A stretch of 64,000 nt of DNA from contig OZ024744.1 of NCBI GenBank assembly GCA_964016885.1, positions 38,750,001-38,814,000 on the forward strand. Reading direction: 5' to 3'. The DNA comes from Eledone cirrhosa. Its lineage: Eukaryota. The notes below the pieces were generated by a model that had not been told where the DNA came from, did not search any database, and saw only the letters and a list, made by a program, of their open reading frames with translations. A program made the position numbers and the translations under genes. Positions 49,996 to 63,556 of the stretch are shown piece after piece. How positions within the stretch are numbered: position 1 is the stretch's first letter; every line of letters starts with the position of its first letter.

Positions 49996-50182
49996 AACCT
50001 CGCAAAACTATATATATATATATATGTAGATAAATCTACCAAGAGTTTACGGTAGTGTCCAATCATACATAGATCTGTTGAATATGCATACCAATTATAA
50101 CACGTATATATCCTAGAAACGATCGTTAAATAATGAACTTTTTTTGTTTAATATAAGGAATTGTTTGTTCATTATTTGTTTA

Positions 50183-50297
<115 letters not shown>

Positions 50298-50308
50298 TTA
50301 TTTATTTA

Positions 50309-51450
50309 TTAAAATAACAGATTAAAGTTTAAGCAAAGAATCGCTGCTTTCACCCTTAACGGGATCTTCAGAAAATAAAAAGTCAATCTCTGAACGCAGA
50401 AGGAAATATTTCAAAATACGTTGCAACCGAAGGAAGACAGGAAGACGATACTTTGATTCGTGGAAACGTTCCCTGGCAAAGAACGGGAAAGAAACGAAGA
50501 TAATACGTCATTCTTTGGAGCGGTGAAAACAATTACACGCAAAGACAAAACCACGTTTATGGTAGAAACGAAGTCGTAGACTAATATTCTCTTAGGTGGT
50601 CATGGAGACGTTCTCTGGCAATGAACGGAAAAAACGAAGATAATACGTCATTATGTGGGGCAAAGAGAACAATTACACGCAAAGACAAAACCACGTAAAT
50701 GGTATAACTGAAGTCGTAGACTAAAATTTTATTTAGGAAACCGAATGATTCTCGGCTTCAGAGTTAAGAATAATGTAAATAAAATACAGAGGTAAATGAA
50801 ATTTAAATATATACATACACATATCCGTATATGTACATACACAAGCATACGCGAAAACATTCGCCATGGGTATGCAAATACAAGCACGTACACAAAAAAA
50901 ACTTGCACGCCTATACAGGACCCACGCAACGCCTGTACCCGCACAAATACGAACGTATACACCAAATACACATAAAAATAGATTTAAAAACATATATACA
51001 TATACATGTGTGTGTGTGTGTATGTGTGTGTGTGTGTATGTGTGTGTGTATGTGTGTGTATACATAATTAAATAAACGTATATAAATATACACACATACG
51101 TTTATTTAATTATGTGTACTCGCACACACACATATGTATATGTATATATGTATTTATATCTACTTTTATGTGTATTTGGTGTATACAGGCGTTGCGTGGG
51201 TCCTGTATGGGCGTGCGTGTTTTTTTTTTGTGTGTACGTGCTTGTATTTGCATACCCATGGCGAGTGTTTTCTCGTATGCTTGTGTACGTACATATATGG
51301 ATGCGTGTATGTATATATTTAATTTTATTTACTTTATTCTTAACTCTGAAGCCGAGAATCATTCGGTTTCCTAAATAGAATTTTAGTCTACGACTTCAGT
51401 TATACCATTTACGTGGGTTTGTCTTTGCGTGTAATTGTTCTCTTTGCCCC
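50309..51450. mobile_element. Further copy of the ATTAAAATAACAG repeat family with internal inverted duplication
   Basis: 50309-51095 parallels 47437-48115; 51100-51450 is the inverse of ~50655-51080. Confidence 0.8.
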
Positions 51451-51617
51451 ATTTTCAGAAAATCTATCTAGAATTAAACTATCAATCAAGCCCTTCCTTT
51501 TTTTCAAGACGGTTGGGTATAAATTTGGGTATTTTTTCCAGAAGACATATTGTTAAAGTGTTTTAACTCTGGCCATCCTGTCTTTTATTCATATGATATA
51601 TATATAAGACAGCATTA

Positions 51618-51985
51618 TTGGTGGATTGGCAGTATCGGTGGAGAGACGGACGCCATGCTTTCCAGCATAGTTACGGCCCTTTACGATCTGAGTTCAAATC
51701 CCGCCGAGGTTGACTTTGCCTTTCATCCTTACGGGGTCGATAAAATAAAGTACCAGTAATGCACTGGGTCATTGCTGGCCTTGTGCCTAAAGTAGAAACA
51801 ATTATTGGCAGTATTGGTAGAGGTTCGGACGCCATACTTTGACATATAGAGTTACGGCCCTTGCCATTCTGAGTTCAAATCCCGCCAAGGTTAACTTTGC
51901 CTTTCATCCTTACGGGTCGATAAAATAAAGTACCAGTAATGGACTGGATAATTGCTGGCCTTGTGCCTAACGTAGAAACAATTAT
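51618..51985 (+). mobile_element. Two tandem SINE copies (51618-51806, 51807-51985)
   Basis: Family sequence twice; the second begins directly after the ATTATT tail of the first. Confidence 0.9.
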
Positions 51986-52447
51986 CAAATGAACCCTTTC
52001 ATTTTAATAGAGATTTGGCAGATATTTGCAGTTGTAGATTTATTATAATAAATATTCTAACACTGACAGTCGCGGTTCTTTTTTCGGGGGGCGGGTGCGA
52101 GGTTATTGAATCTAGGACTACAGTATCACATAGGCTCTCCCTTTTTTACGATACGGTTTATATTTGAATAAAAGGTGAATGCTACTTCTAGTCGCTCGAG
52201 TGATAGTATCCAGGCAAATTCATAACCTTCACATGTTATATTAATTAACTGGTTTCATTTAATTTTACCGCAGTCGCGCTAGCGTATTGCCTTGAAAGAT
52301 TTAGTCGCTCATATCGACAACAGTTCGTTTTCTTTTAAATCTGAGACCTTGTTTTGTCGAACCACTAACTTAAGGGACATATACTAACAGTAAACGTAAA
52401 TACATAAACACACACATACACACAACACACATATATATGTGCATACA

Positions 52448-53054
52448 TGGTGGCTGCCAACTCGTTTTCGAGTACGGCCACTACTTTATATCCATGTAGG
52501 AGAACCCCTACCGATGCGCTGAACGAGTGTCACTTTTTAGTCCAGCCAGCGACTTGAAAACTCTGGTAGGTACAAACACTACACTTGTGACACTTATTGA
52601 CACATAGTGTACATGGTACCGTGTGACGACAAGTGCAGAGAGATCTCCAGATATAAAGCAATGCCTGTGCCGTGAAGCTTTTATAGTGAGCAAAGGCACT
52701 GCACAAAGCCAGTCCCACTCTCTTAAACAAGATGATATTTACCAAAAAGAAGAACAAGTCAACATCATTGGATACCATCAGGGTTGCAGGTGTTATATCA
52801 GAGTTTTCCTTCAACTAGAATTCTGCCTTGACAAAGGCTAAGGGGTCATCTCTCCCGGTGATTTTGGATGGCCATTGACTCTTAAGAGCTCCTTTGCCCT
52901 TTGACAGGTTTTGTTTTTAGTCCTGTAGGATGTCCAAAGTCACCCTCCTCACCAAGAAACCTTAGTGGGGTTGCCAGTTTAGTCGCCAACGACCCGACCA
53001 TGAGACAGTTTGTACTGGGATACATGTTACCAGTAGCACCAAGTGGTGACCTGA
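52448..53054 (-). mobile_element. Non-autonomous RTE-related element (~600 bp)
   Basis: 5' part 52865-53040 is homologous (inverted) to 53737-53886; minus-strand 3' end GCAGCCACCATGTATG matches RTE-type tails in the window. Confidence 0.6.
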
Positions 53055-53129
53055 CATACATACATACATACATACATACATACATACATACATACATACA
53101 TACATACATACATACATACATACATACAT

Positions 53130-53432
53130 AGTTAGTAAATTACAAGTACAATCCATTAATAGAACAGTAAAAATATGTAAAACATTCCAGATATTTCGCA
53201 TCTAATAACTGCATATACATACAGATGCAAAGTATATACACATGCACACATACAACTCAAAACATACACATCCAAACATACAATAACATCCATATCTACA
53301 CATGCATGCAGACATGCATACATATCTACCTAGTTGGTGTTGTGTAAATTCCAATTAGAGAGTCTTGTGTCTATGTTAGAAAACGACTCTCTCTTTATTG
53401 GGAAAACTTTGTGAAATTATAAAACCAGAAGA
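53130..53432 (+). mobile_element. R4/Dong-like 3' UTR fragment preceded by (TACA)n (53055-53130)
   Basis: Matches 43650-43942. Confidence 0.88.
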
Positions 53433-53729
53433 ACATACATACATATCCATATATGATTGTGTACGTATGTATAAATGTATGCATATATGTACGTACGAAC
53501 ATATATACATACATAGTGTTACAGGTTCGTGTGGGTGGCATTAGCCTTAACGTGCACTAAACTCTCTAATCTGACAAGCGATTGCAGTACTCTTAGCAGA
53601 GTTTGCAGCCATCATGATTGTATGTATGTATGTATGTATGTATGTATGTATGTATGTATGTATGTATGTATGTATGTATGTATGTATGTGTAAGTATGCA
53701 TGTATATATGATTGTATGTATGTATGTGT

Positions 53730-54233
53730 CTCTCGAGTGCTACTGGTAACATGTAACCCAGTACAACCTGTCGCATGGTCGGGTCGTCGGCGACTAAACC
53801 GGCAACCCCACCAAGTTTACCCTGCAGGACAAAGAACAAAACCTGACAAAGGGCGGAAGAACTCATAAGAGTCAACGGCCATCCGAAAGTGTGTAAATAT
53901 GTATATACACATGTACCGCACGGTTAAACCACTGGGAGTAAAGGACCCCTAGCCTTTGTCAGGGCATTCTTCTAGGAGAAGGCAACTCAGGAAACTGGGA
54001 TAACTCCAGTATATTAGACCTGCGGCTCAGTAGTTACCGATGATGTTGATTTTTTCTTCTTTTCGGGTTATAGCTACTGTCGCTCAGAGAGTGGGATTGG
54101 CTCGGTGCACAGTCTTTCCTCACTTTAAAAAGTATCTTCACACACAGGCATTGCACGATAGAAGTAATTAATAATTATTAATAATGGTATATCGTGCAAT
54201 GGCCATACTCGATAACGAGGGGGCAGCCATCAT
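53730..54233 (+). mobile_element. Non-autonomous RTE-related element (~500 bp) between (TATG)n tracts
   Basis: Homologous to 52448-53054; ends GCAGCCATCATGTATGTA. Confidence 0.6.
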
Positions 54234-54943
54234 GTATGTATGTATGAATGTATGTATGTATGTATGCATGTATGTATGTGGTTGTGTGTGTTTGTATGCT
54301 TCCATTTACCGTTAGTGTATGTTCTTTTAAGTTAGCAAATTTCGCTGAAAAGCATTGGTAAATATGAGGCTATAGTTGTAGACGCTTACTTGCCTAATGT
54401 GCAACGCTGTGATACTAAAACCGAAACCCTATGATTGCAATGTATTTCCTTAACTACAAGGATATAACAGCACTTATATGGGTAGTTTTATTATTTCATA
54501 GTGAGATTATTACCTCTATATAAAAGGTATAAACTAGCGATAAACTAGAGGTCAAAGAACAGGTTATAGTAATAATGTATGCGTGTACGTTTGCACATTA
54601 TTTTCTTCTAAGTCAATCGCTATTTGTCAAACTGCCAAGTTGCAGATCATAACCAGTTATCACAGTTTGTTAATCAGAATAAATGAAAACACAAACACGT
54701 ATGTACTTGCATGCATACGTACATGCATACATGCATACATACATACATGCATGTATGCATGCCTACATACATACATACATGCATAAATACAAAACACACA
54801 TGCAAGTTGTTTAGATCAAATGATGCTTGTGCTTGAAATTTTAGGTAAAGAAAGGCCTTGCACTGGACAAATTCCAGTCTCTGATCAACGGTGACAAGTA
54901 TCCATAAATAAGAACAGATCAAGATCACTGGCTGCCTTCGAGT

Positions 54944-55761
54944 TGCATCTAATAACTGCATATACACATGTACAGATACAAAACATATACACATGCACAC
55001 ATACAACTCAAAACATACACATCCACACCAGGGATGAAGGGTCTGTGCATGCAACGCAATCAGTGCATGCGTTATAGAATCTTGAGTTGATCAATTGCGT
55101 CGGTTGAAGCAAGCAGAATTTTGGCTGTTTACTAAAACGTATAGACACAAAAAAAGATAACACACACACACACATACACACAAACACATACACACAAACA
55201 CACGACAGCTTTCGGGCAAGCAGAATTTTGACTGCTTACTAAATTGTAGACACATAAAAAGATAACACACACACACCACACACAGACACACATACACACA
55301 AACACAAGGTAGCGTCGGTTGAAGCAAGCAGAATTTTGACTGCTTACTAAAACGTATAGACAAAAAGAAATATCACACACTCACACATACACACAAGCAC
55401 ACGACAGCTTTGGAGCAAGCAGAATTTTGACTGCTTACTAAATCGTAGACACATAAAAAGATAACACACACACTAGATAACACTACATGCGGCTTTGACC
55501 GGGAGGGAATGGGGAGGGGGGGCTGCACAGCCCCACTTTCTGCCATGGGGATTGGTCTGCATGCCTTGCTTTCCAGGTTACCCTTCGCCACTGATCCACA
55601 CATACAATAACATCCATACCTACACACACATGCATGCAGACATGCAGACATATCTACCTAGTTGATGTTGCGTAAATTCCAATGAGAGAGGCCTGTGTCT
55701 ATGTTAGAAACCGACTCTCTCTCTATTGGTAAAAATTAGTGAAATTATAAAACCAGATGAA
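54944..55761 (+). mobile_element. R4/Dong-like 3' UTR fragment split by a MITE, followed by (TACA)n
   Basis: 54944-55028 and 55594-55761 join to reproduce 43718-43942. Confidence 0.85.
55029..55593. mobile_element. hAT-like non-autonomous DNA transposon (MITE) with internal tandem repeats
   Basis: 8-bp TSD ATCCACAC (55021-55028, 55594-55601); imperfect TIRs CAGGGATGAAGGGT / CAGTGGCGAAGGGT; four ~100-bp repeats CAAGCAGAATTTTG.CTG.TTACTAAA. Confidence 0.8.
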
Positions 55762-55859
55762 CATACATACATACATATATACATACGTACATACGTAAAT
55801 ACATACATACGTACATACATACATACATACATACATACATACATACATACATACATACA

Positions 55860-55888
<29 letters not shown>

Positions 55889-55890
<2 letters not shown>

Positions 55891-58285
55891 GTACGACACC
55901 CCTTCAAAAGAACAGGTTGAGAGCTACTGGAGATCTGTATGGGAAACGGATGACGGATTCAACAGACAAGCTAATTGGCTAAAAGAACTGGAACAGGACT
56001 ACTGCCAACATGTCCAGATAAAACAATATAACATAGATGGGTCAATACTGGAAACAGCTCTACAGAAAATGTCGAATAGGAAATCACCAGGCCCAGACCT
56101 CATTACAGGATACTGGTTGAAGAATTTCACTTTCTATCGGCAAGATCTCATACGGCTGTTTACAGAAACCATTAAGGGCACACAAGAACTGCCCAGATGG
56201 TTATCAACTGCCACTACTCTCCTCATTCCCAAAAATATCCAAACCACCCTTGCTAAAAATTACCGCCCAATAGCCTGCCAAAACATCATGTATAAATTAT
56301 ATACTGGGTGCCTTAACCTGTTCTTACAGGATCACTGTGCTACCAACAACATCATAACACCTGAGCAAGCTGGTGGAAAGAAGGAGGTGTGGGGTTGCAT
56401 AGATCACCTACTAACTAACAAAATGATTCAGGAAAAAACAACAAAGAATCGCAGAAACATGACTGTGGTGTGGCTGGACTATCAAAAAGCATTTGATAGT
56501 GTACCTCATGGGTGGATTATTAAGGCTTTACAGTTAGCTAAAGTCCCACAACCAGTGGTAGCTGCTGTTGAACGCCTGACCAAGAACTGGTACACCAATT
56601 TGATCCTTAGAGGTGAGAAGGAGCAAGTTAAGACTGATAAGATACATTACCAGAATGGCATCTTTCAGGGTAATAGCTTGTCAGTGCTACTATTCGTCCT
56701 CTCACTGAATCCACTATCTTACATACTCAGGAAACAAGGTGGACAAAGAAGTGGGCCCAGAAGTATCTCCCATCTTTTCTTTGTTGATGACCTGAAGTTG
56801 TATGGGCCAAATATCAATGACATCAAGAAACAATTGGACCTCATTACACAATTTTCAACCGACATCAAAATGAAATTTGGTGAGTCCAAGTGTGCATATT
56901 TGGCAGTAAAACGTGGCAGAGCTGTGCCCTCCTCTAGAAATCTAGAGATGAACGGCCTGACAATACAACCTCTGCAGTCAGGTGACAACTACAGATATCT
57001 TGGACAGGATGAGAATGTCAGATATGATGGACCCATAAATAAGGAGAGAACCAGAACTGAATACCTCAGAAGAGTAAAGAAAATATGGTCATTAGAACTG
57101 TTAGCATACAACAAATACATTGCCCACAATAATTATGCTGTGCCAATTCTAACGCCAACATTTGGCCTGCTGAACTGGTCATTGCAAGAACTAAGTGAGA
57201 TGGATGTTAGAACTCGAAAACTTCTCAGTGTTACTGGGAACTTTAACATCAATGGTGATGTGGATAGGCTATACTTCTCACGCAAGGAAGGTGGCCGGGG
57301 TCTAAAATCAATATTAACAACATATGAGACCCGGATAGTAACACTGAAGCAACACCTTCAACAGAGGAAAAAGGTTGGCAACCATCTTGCCCAGGTTTAT
57401 GAGCATGAAAAAAAAAATATCATTAGAATAGCGACTGATCTGGAGGAGAGATATGGAATAAAGCCTGATATAAATCTCTCACCCAGAGAAATCGGAAGAT
57501 CCTATTCAATGTTCAAACAAGATAGAAAAATTGACCAATTTACAGAAAAAGTTGTGCATGGATACTTGAGGCGTAAAACACAGACCATAGAGGGGATAAA
57601 CCACTCAAAAAGCCTGGCATGGAGTTCCGACAAGTTTATGACATCACACCTTGAGGGATATCTCTATGCAATACAGGAACAAGAACTCCCTACCAAATAT
57701 CTGCTGCACAAAAGAGGAGGGACAGCAGCTGACAATAAATGTAGGTTATGTAAAGCAAAGATCGAGGATGTAAGCCACATTGTTGCCAGCTGCGAAAGAA
57801 TGTCATCTCGCTACTACCTCCCCATGAGAAACGATGGGATAGCTCGAACCATCTGGAACGCACTTCGGAAAACAAAATTAACAACAAACGAGGAGGAATA
57901 TATTGAGACAAATGGCACTAAGGAATACTGGTGGAACCTGAAAATAAAAACTGCCACCAAATTAAAGCACAACCGGCCTGATATTGTTGTTTGGGACCAC
58001 ACATTGAAAACGTGTTCTGTTGTGGAGATCAGCTGCCCACTTGATGTAAACGTTGTCAGAAAAATACAGGAGAAGGAGGACATCTACGGACAATTGATGA
58101 GGAGTTTACAAATCCAGTATCCAAGATACACCTTTAGCTTCATACCCATCATTATTGGAGCTACGGGTTATATACCAACCCGCTTAGACCAAAGTATGAC
58201 TGAACTTGGATTTGCGGACAAAAAGCGCAGCTCCCTAATTCATAGTCTACAAATGGCTGCGATAGCTGGCACCTTCAAAATTTGA
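55889..58285 (+). CDS. R4/Dong-like retrotransposon RT-CCHC-REL polyprotein, 5'-truncated, 798 uninterrupted codons
   Basis: NYRPIACQN, WLDYQKAFDSVPH, IFQGNSLS, FFVDDLK, CRLC..ED.SH.V.SC, HNRPDIVV..VVEISCP, EKEDIY, PIIIGATG. Confidence 0.9.
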
Positions 58286-58389
58286 AAAACATTCTTGCGA
58301 TTCAAGGGATGACAATTTCTTTTCTTTTACAACATTGCCACCAGGAAGGTGGCCGGTCAAAAAAATATACTCGAAATTAAGAGAAAGAG
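55889..58389 (+). mobile_element. R4/Dong-like non-LTR element flanked by (TACA)n on both sides
   Basis: (TACA)n at 55762-55888 and 58390-58565; 3' UTR hairpin GCCACC-AGGAA-GGTGGC. Confidence 0.9.
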
Positions 58390-58431
58390 ATACATACATA
58401 CATACATACATACATACATACATACATACAT

Positions 58432-58466
<35 letters not shown>

Positions 58467-58571
58467 TACATACATACATACATACATACATACATACATA
58501 CATACATACATACATACATACATACATACATACATACATACATACATACATACATACATACATACACACAC

Positions 58572-60790
58572 GATGGCTGAAAACTCTGCCAAGAGTATTG
58601 CAATCGCTTGTCAGATTCAGATGTGTGACGCTCGGATATGGCCTGCTAGAGACTTGCACTCCTTCGCACACTGATCTCCCTGGCCTCAAGTCCCGCATCA
58701 GGTTGTCTGTGAACCCTCACAATACTGTGGAGTTCATAGTTCACTGGTTTTCTTTGAATATGGCTACGACTGTGGCTCCTGAGACTAGATTTTCTCTAGC
58801 AAATTTTTCCACACTCAGGGCACGCCAATTGAATGGAGACACCGATCGTTTCGATGGATACACCAGGGCATTGCTTACGCACATCCCGTTTGATGTTCTC
58901 GTGCTCTATGCATTTGTCCTCTTAATTATGGACCCATCATTCACCATTCCACGCCAAGTTTCTTTTTCAAGAGCTTCTATCTCCCAGTCAGCCATCATCA
59001 AACCAGTTTTTTTTTCAATGAGTCCTTTATACGATCTTGAATCGAAGCATTGGCTTTTGAGGTGGTCTCTTACCTTTATAAAGCTCGCCATACAAAAGTT
59101 GTTTTGGAATTCGATCTTCCTCCATTCTGCAGAAGTGTCCGGTCCATCGCAAACGTCGTTGGTGGATGATCAATGCTCCGACACTCAATTCTCTCAAGGA
59201 CCTCAAGATCACTCATATGCATCTGCCACTTGATACCGAGCCTCTTTCTGAGACACTGCTGGTGAAATCGTACCAGTCTGTGGATAGGCCATTTCTAGGC
59301 AACCCATGTCGCACACGCATGCAGCAAAGCTGACAGTATACATGCAATATACACTCTCACCTTAGTCCTCATTGTGATTCCTCGCCCGCACCAAAGACGG
59401 TCGCTGAGACTTCCAAATGACTCACTTGCCTTACTAGCACATAGACCAACTTCTGCATCCAGAGAGCAGGTCACATTCAGAATACTTCACAAATATACAA
59501 ATCTGTCAGCAACCTTCAACTTTTGACCGTATACGTATATGGAGGGTTCATTGAAAACTTTATCCGGAGCAGGCTGGTACATGACGACAGTCTTATTCAG
59601 ACTGATTGTCAGTCCCAAAGCACTGCACGCATTGGAAAAAGAATCCATAAGGTGTTGCATGCCAGTCTGGAAATGTGCAAAGAGATCACAATCATCTGCA
59701 TACAGAAATTCTCTGATCTTGGTACTCAGTATCATAGTGTTGGCAGTGAGACGCCTGGGGTTAAGCAGCTTGCCGCAAGTGCGATATCTGAGATAGATAC
59801 CGTGTTGACGATCCTTGAAGACCATGAGGAACATCATTGCGAAATTCAAGGCAAACAAAGTTGGTGCAAGTATATGACATTGCTTGACACCATTTTCAAC
59901 CGAGATGGGCTCAGACATTTTACCGCCAATATTTACTCAATCCTGCATGTCACTGTGGAAAAGTTTCAGTATGTTCACAAACTTTTCAGGACAGCCCAAT
60001 CTCTCCAAAATGACCCACAAAGCCTTCCGATTTACGGTTTCAAATGCCTTGGTCAGATCGACAAAATCTTGGTATAAGTCCATGCGCGGCTCGGTGCATT
60101 TCTCTTGAAGTTGTTTGACCGAGAAGACCATCTCAACAGTATTTTGCCATTCCTAAAGCCACATTGGGACTCAGGAAGTACCTCAACAGCAATGTGCTGT
60201 ATCAATCTGTCCAACAATATCCTGCACAAGATTTTCCCAGCTACAGATAGCTGTGAGATACCTCTGTAGTTGCCACAGTTATCTTTTGCTCCATTTCCTT
60301 TATAAAGTACCACCATCAATGCATCTTTCCAGTCCCGCAGTACATCTTATTCATTCCAAATATTCACAAATAGATCAGTGAGGCGGTTTAAAAACTTATC
60401 ACCAGCACACTTGAAGATCTTGGCATTCAGTCCATCCATTCCAGGTGACTTACTGCTGTTTAAATGAAGGAGGATCAGCCCTTGCAAGCTTTGTAGTTCT
60501 GGATGGAATCGACCGGGTGAACTCATCATCAATTTCTGATGGTCTGTTGGGGAGCTCATCAAAGTGGTCATGCCACCTGATCAGGATTTCCTTCGAATCT
60601 CTGAGCAATTCATTACCGTCTTTTGAGCGAAGAGGTGATATTTGTGGACCGGTCGTACCATACACCTCCCTGAGCAGATTGTATAAGAGCTTTGTATCAT
60701 GTCTATCTGAGGCTTTCTGGATTTCATCAGCCTTTTTTCTCCACCAGGCATTCTGCATGGTTCTCAATTAATGTTGCACAGGTGCGTTCA
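58572..60790 (-). mobile_element. RTE-clade (BovB-like) non-LTR retrotransposon, 5'-truncated and disrupted
   Basis: NAWWRKKADEIQ, NYRGISQLSVAGK, PESQCGFR, FVDLTKAF, GVKQ, LYADD, RRLRWTGH..RIPKQLLYGEL; (TATG)n tail. Confidence 0.92.
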
Positions 60791-60928
60791 TCTGCTTGAA
60801 GGTTTGGTTACTCCAAGCATCGCAAAATATGTTATATATCAAGCGGTGCCTGTGCCTGAAGCTTTTTAAAGAAATAAATATGAGAATAATTTTTAAAAAT
60901 CAGTGGTTACTACTTAATATATGTGTGT

Positions 60929-60990
<62 letters not shown>

Positions 60991-61009
60991 TTATTTATTT
61001 ATTTATAGT

Positions 61010-61700
61010 TGTTGTTGTAGGATTGTAGGTAAATGCGTCTGTAGGCGGTATGCCAGATGCGCACTCGATGCTCGCGCAGAACAGAGTATAATATTATAGA
61101 TAACGATGAATCAGTAATGCCTCAAACTCCTATTTATTAACATATTACATATGTTTCTCCGTCGATCAGCTCGAGGCAGGATCTATTACAGATCGAGCAA
61201 CATCAAACCCGAACTTGCAACTGCCGCAATAGTACACAATGCCCACTAAAGAGGAACTGTCTATTGAAAGGTTTCAACTATAAATATGTGGTTGACACGC
61301 ACAACGCAAAGCACATATACATCGGTACAACATGCACGACCTTTAAGTCGAGGGTGTACAACCATACGAATTCTTTCAGGTACCGGGCTAAGAGGCACTT
61401 CACTAGACTGACGGACTTAATCTAGGACTTGAAAGATAGTGACACAGCATACAAACTCAACTGGAGTATTATTCAGCGTGCAGATGCATACTCCGCCGGT
61501 GAAATATGGTGCAGACAGTGTGACTGGAGCCATGGAGATAGTAAAATTAAAGGGTAACGCAGTCAACCTGAAATCCGAGGTCGTCATGGCATGCAGTCAT
61601 CAACAGAACTGCACATTTTCTGCATTGGAATTTACAGATTAGTATAACATGAGCTCTGTGGAGGAATGAACCCGAACAAGGGGATCGACACAGATATATA
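61010..61700 (+). mobile_element. Penelope-like (possibly Naiad-type) GIY-YIG remnant
   Basis: From 61216: CNCRNSTQCPLKRNCL..YKYVV..YIGTTCTTFKSRVYNHTNSF..T.L...I*DLK....KLNWSII..Y....C..C..VNLKSE..C.H; adjacent to (TA)n. Confidence 0.75.
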
Positions 61701-61863
61701 GAATGTGACATCATACCATTACATAGATTGTATTTTATTTAGAATGTGACATCATATCATTGCATATATTGTATTTTATTTAGAATGTGACATCATATCA
61801 TTACATATATTGTATTTTATTTAGAATGTGACATCATATCATTGCATATATTGTATTTTATTT
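61700..61863. repeat. 41-bp tandem repeat x4
   Basis: AGAATGTGACATCATA.CATT.CATA.ATTGTATTTTATTT at 61700, 61741, 61782 and 61823. Confidence 0.95.
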
Positions 61864-62117
61864 TGTCTTACTCTATTTTATTTTATTTTGTTTTACTTAA
61901 TTTTCACCGTATGTTTTGAATGTTTGCGGAACCCACATTCAGAGAGACGGTAGAGTGCATACGTATGTGCGTGTGTCTGTGTGTATATATGTGTATACAT
62001 ATATACATATATACATATATACACATATACATATATATATATATATACACCCACCCACACCCACACATGTGTATACGTACTCATACAAGCATACATACAC
62101 TAACAAATATACATGCA

Positions 62118-62151
<34 letters not shown>

Positions 62152-62316
62152 CGAGAATCGTAGAAATGCTGGCAAGCGCTCCAAGAGTTAAGAAAAACTA
62201 GAGCTAAACAATATGTTAAAACGCCATACAAACTGAAAAGTGATCAAGAAGGCATTAACCGCCTTAGCCAAAAAACAAGTCAAGCTAAACAGGTCAAACA
62301 AAATAAATGATATAAA

Positions 62317-62362
<46 letters not shown>

Positions 62363-62407
62363 AAGTAAAATAAAAAGTCAAATGTTTAAAATTTACCTTC
62401 GTTTATT

Positions 62408-62462
62408 ACTGCTATATATATTTCGGTGACAGCCATCTTTGGCTGTGACCTCTTCAGGCAGT
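62408..62462 (-). ncRNA. Minimal type I hammerhead ribozyme (mirror copy)
   Basis: Exact reverse complement of 62702-62756. Confidence 0.85.
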
Positions 62463-62701
62463 CCGAATTAGTGTGGTATAGACAAGTACATATGTTGTTA
62501 AGGTGTATAATATTGTCAATACTCTGATATGCCCAGTTCCTGGTTGGGTTGTTATTTCACTGAGGAACTGGAATCATATGAAAGATATGATTCCAGTTCC
62601 TCGGTGAAATAACAACCCAGCAAGGAACTGGGCATATCAGAGTATTGACAATATTATACACCTTAACAACATATGTACTTCTCTATACCACACTAATTCG
62701 G

Positions 62702-62756
62702 ACTGCCTGAAGAGGTCACAGCCAAAGATGGCTGTCACCGAAATATATATAGCAGT
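62702..62756 (+). ncRNA. Minimal type I hammerhead ribozyme
   Basis: ACTGC-CTGAAGA-GGTcACAGCCA(AAGA)TGGCTGTcACC-GAAA-TATATATA-GCAGT: intact core, stems I and II, short palindromic stem III, AUA triplet. Confidence 0.85.
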
Positions 62757-62899
62757 AATAAACGAAGGTAAATTTTAAACATTTGACTTTTTATTTTACT
62801 TTATTTTACATTACTCCGGAGTAACCAACCCAACCTGCGCACTTCGTTGAGTGCTCCAGCCTGCATACTGAGGTGTTGGTATACAACCAACATATGCTC

Positions 62900-63523
<624 letters not shown>

Positions 63524-63556
63524 TACTAGCAGCAGGACCCGGTGTTGCACGGGGTA
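63524..63556 (-). mobile_element. Possible Helitron 3' terminus
   Basis: Minus strand: hairpin CCCG(TGCAACAC)CGGG a few nt before CTAG-T, next to a TA-rich tract. Confidence 0.5.

Larger units (their letters stand above)
62356..62808. repeat. 453-bp near-perfect palindrome (224-bp arms, 5-nt loop); probable inverted Penelope pseudo-LTRs
   Basis: 62356-62579 is the reverse complement of 62585-62808 with few mismatches; loop GAAAG. Confidence 0.95.

Noticed and set aside
55100-55480. Repeat-spacer array
   Set aside because: Intervening parts are related (CA)-rich sequence inside a MITE, not unique spacers
58283-58285. Selenocysteine TGA at a conserved Cys position in the Dong ORF
   Set aside because: Seen in one copy only; relatives have TGT and no SECIS was identified, so a point mutation is simpler
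61700-61863. CRISPR-like array
   Set aside because: Contiguous 41-bp units with no unique spacers, eukaryotic context, no cas genes
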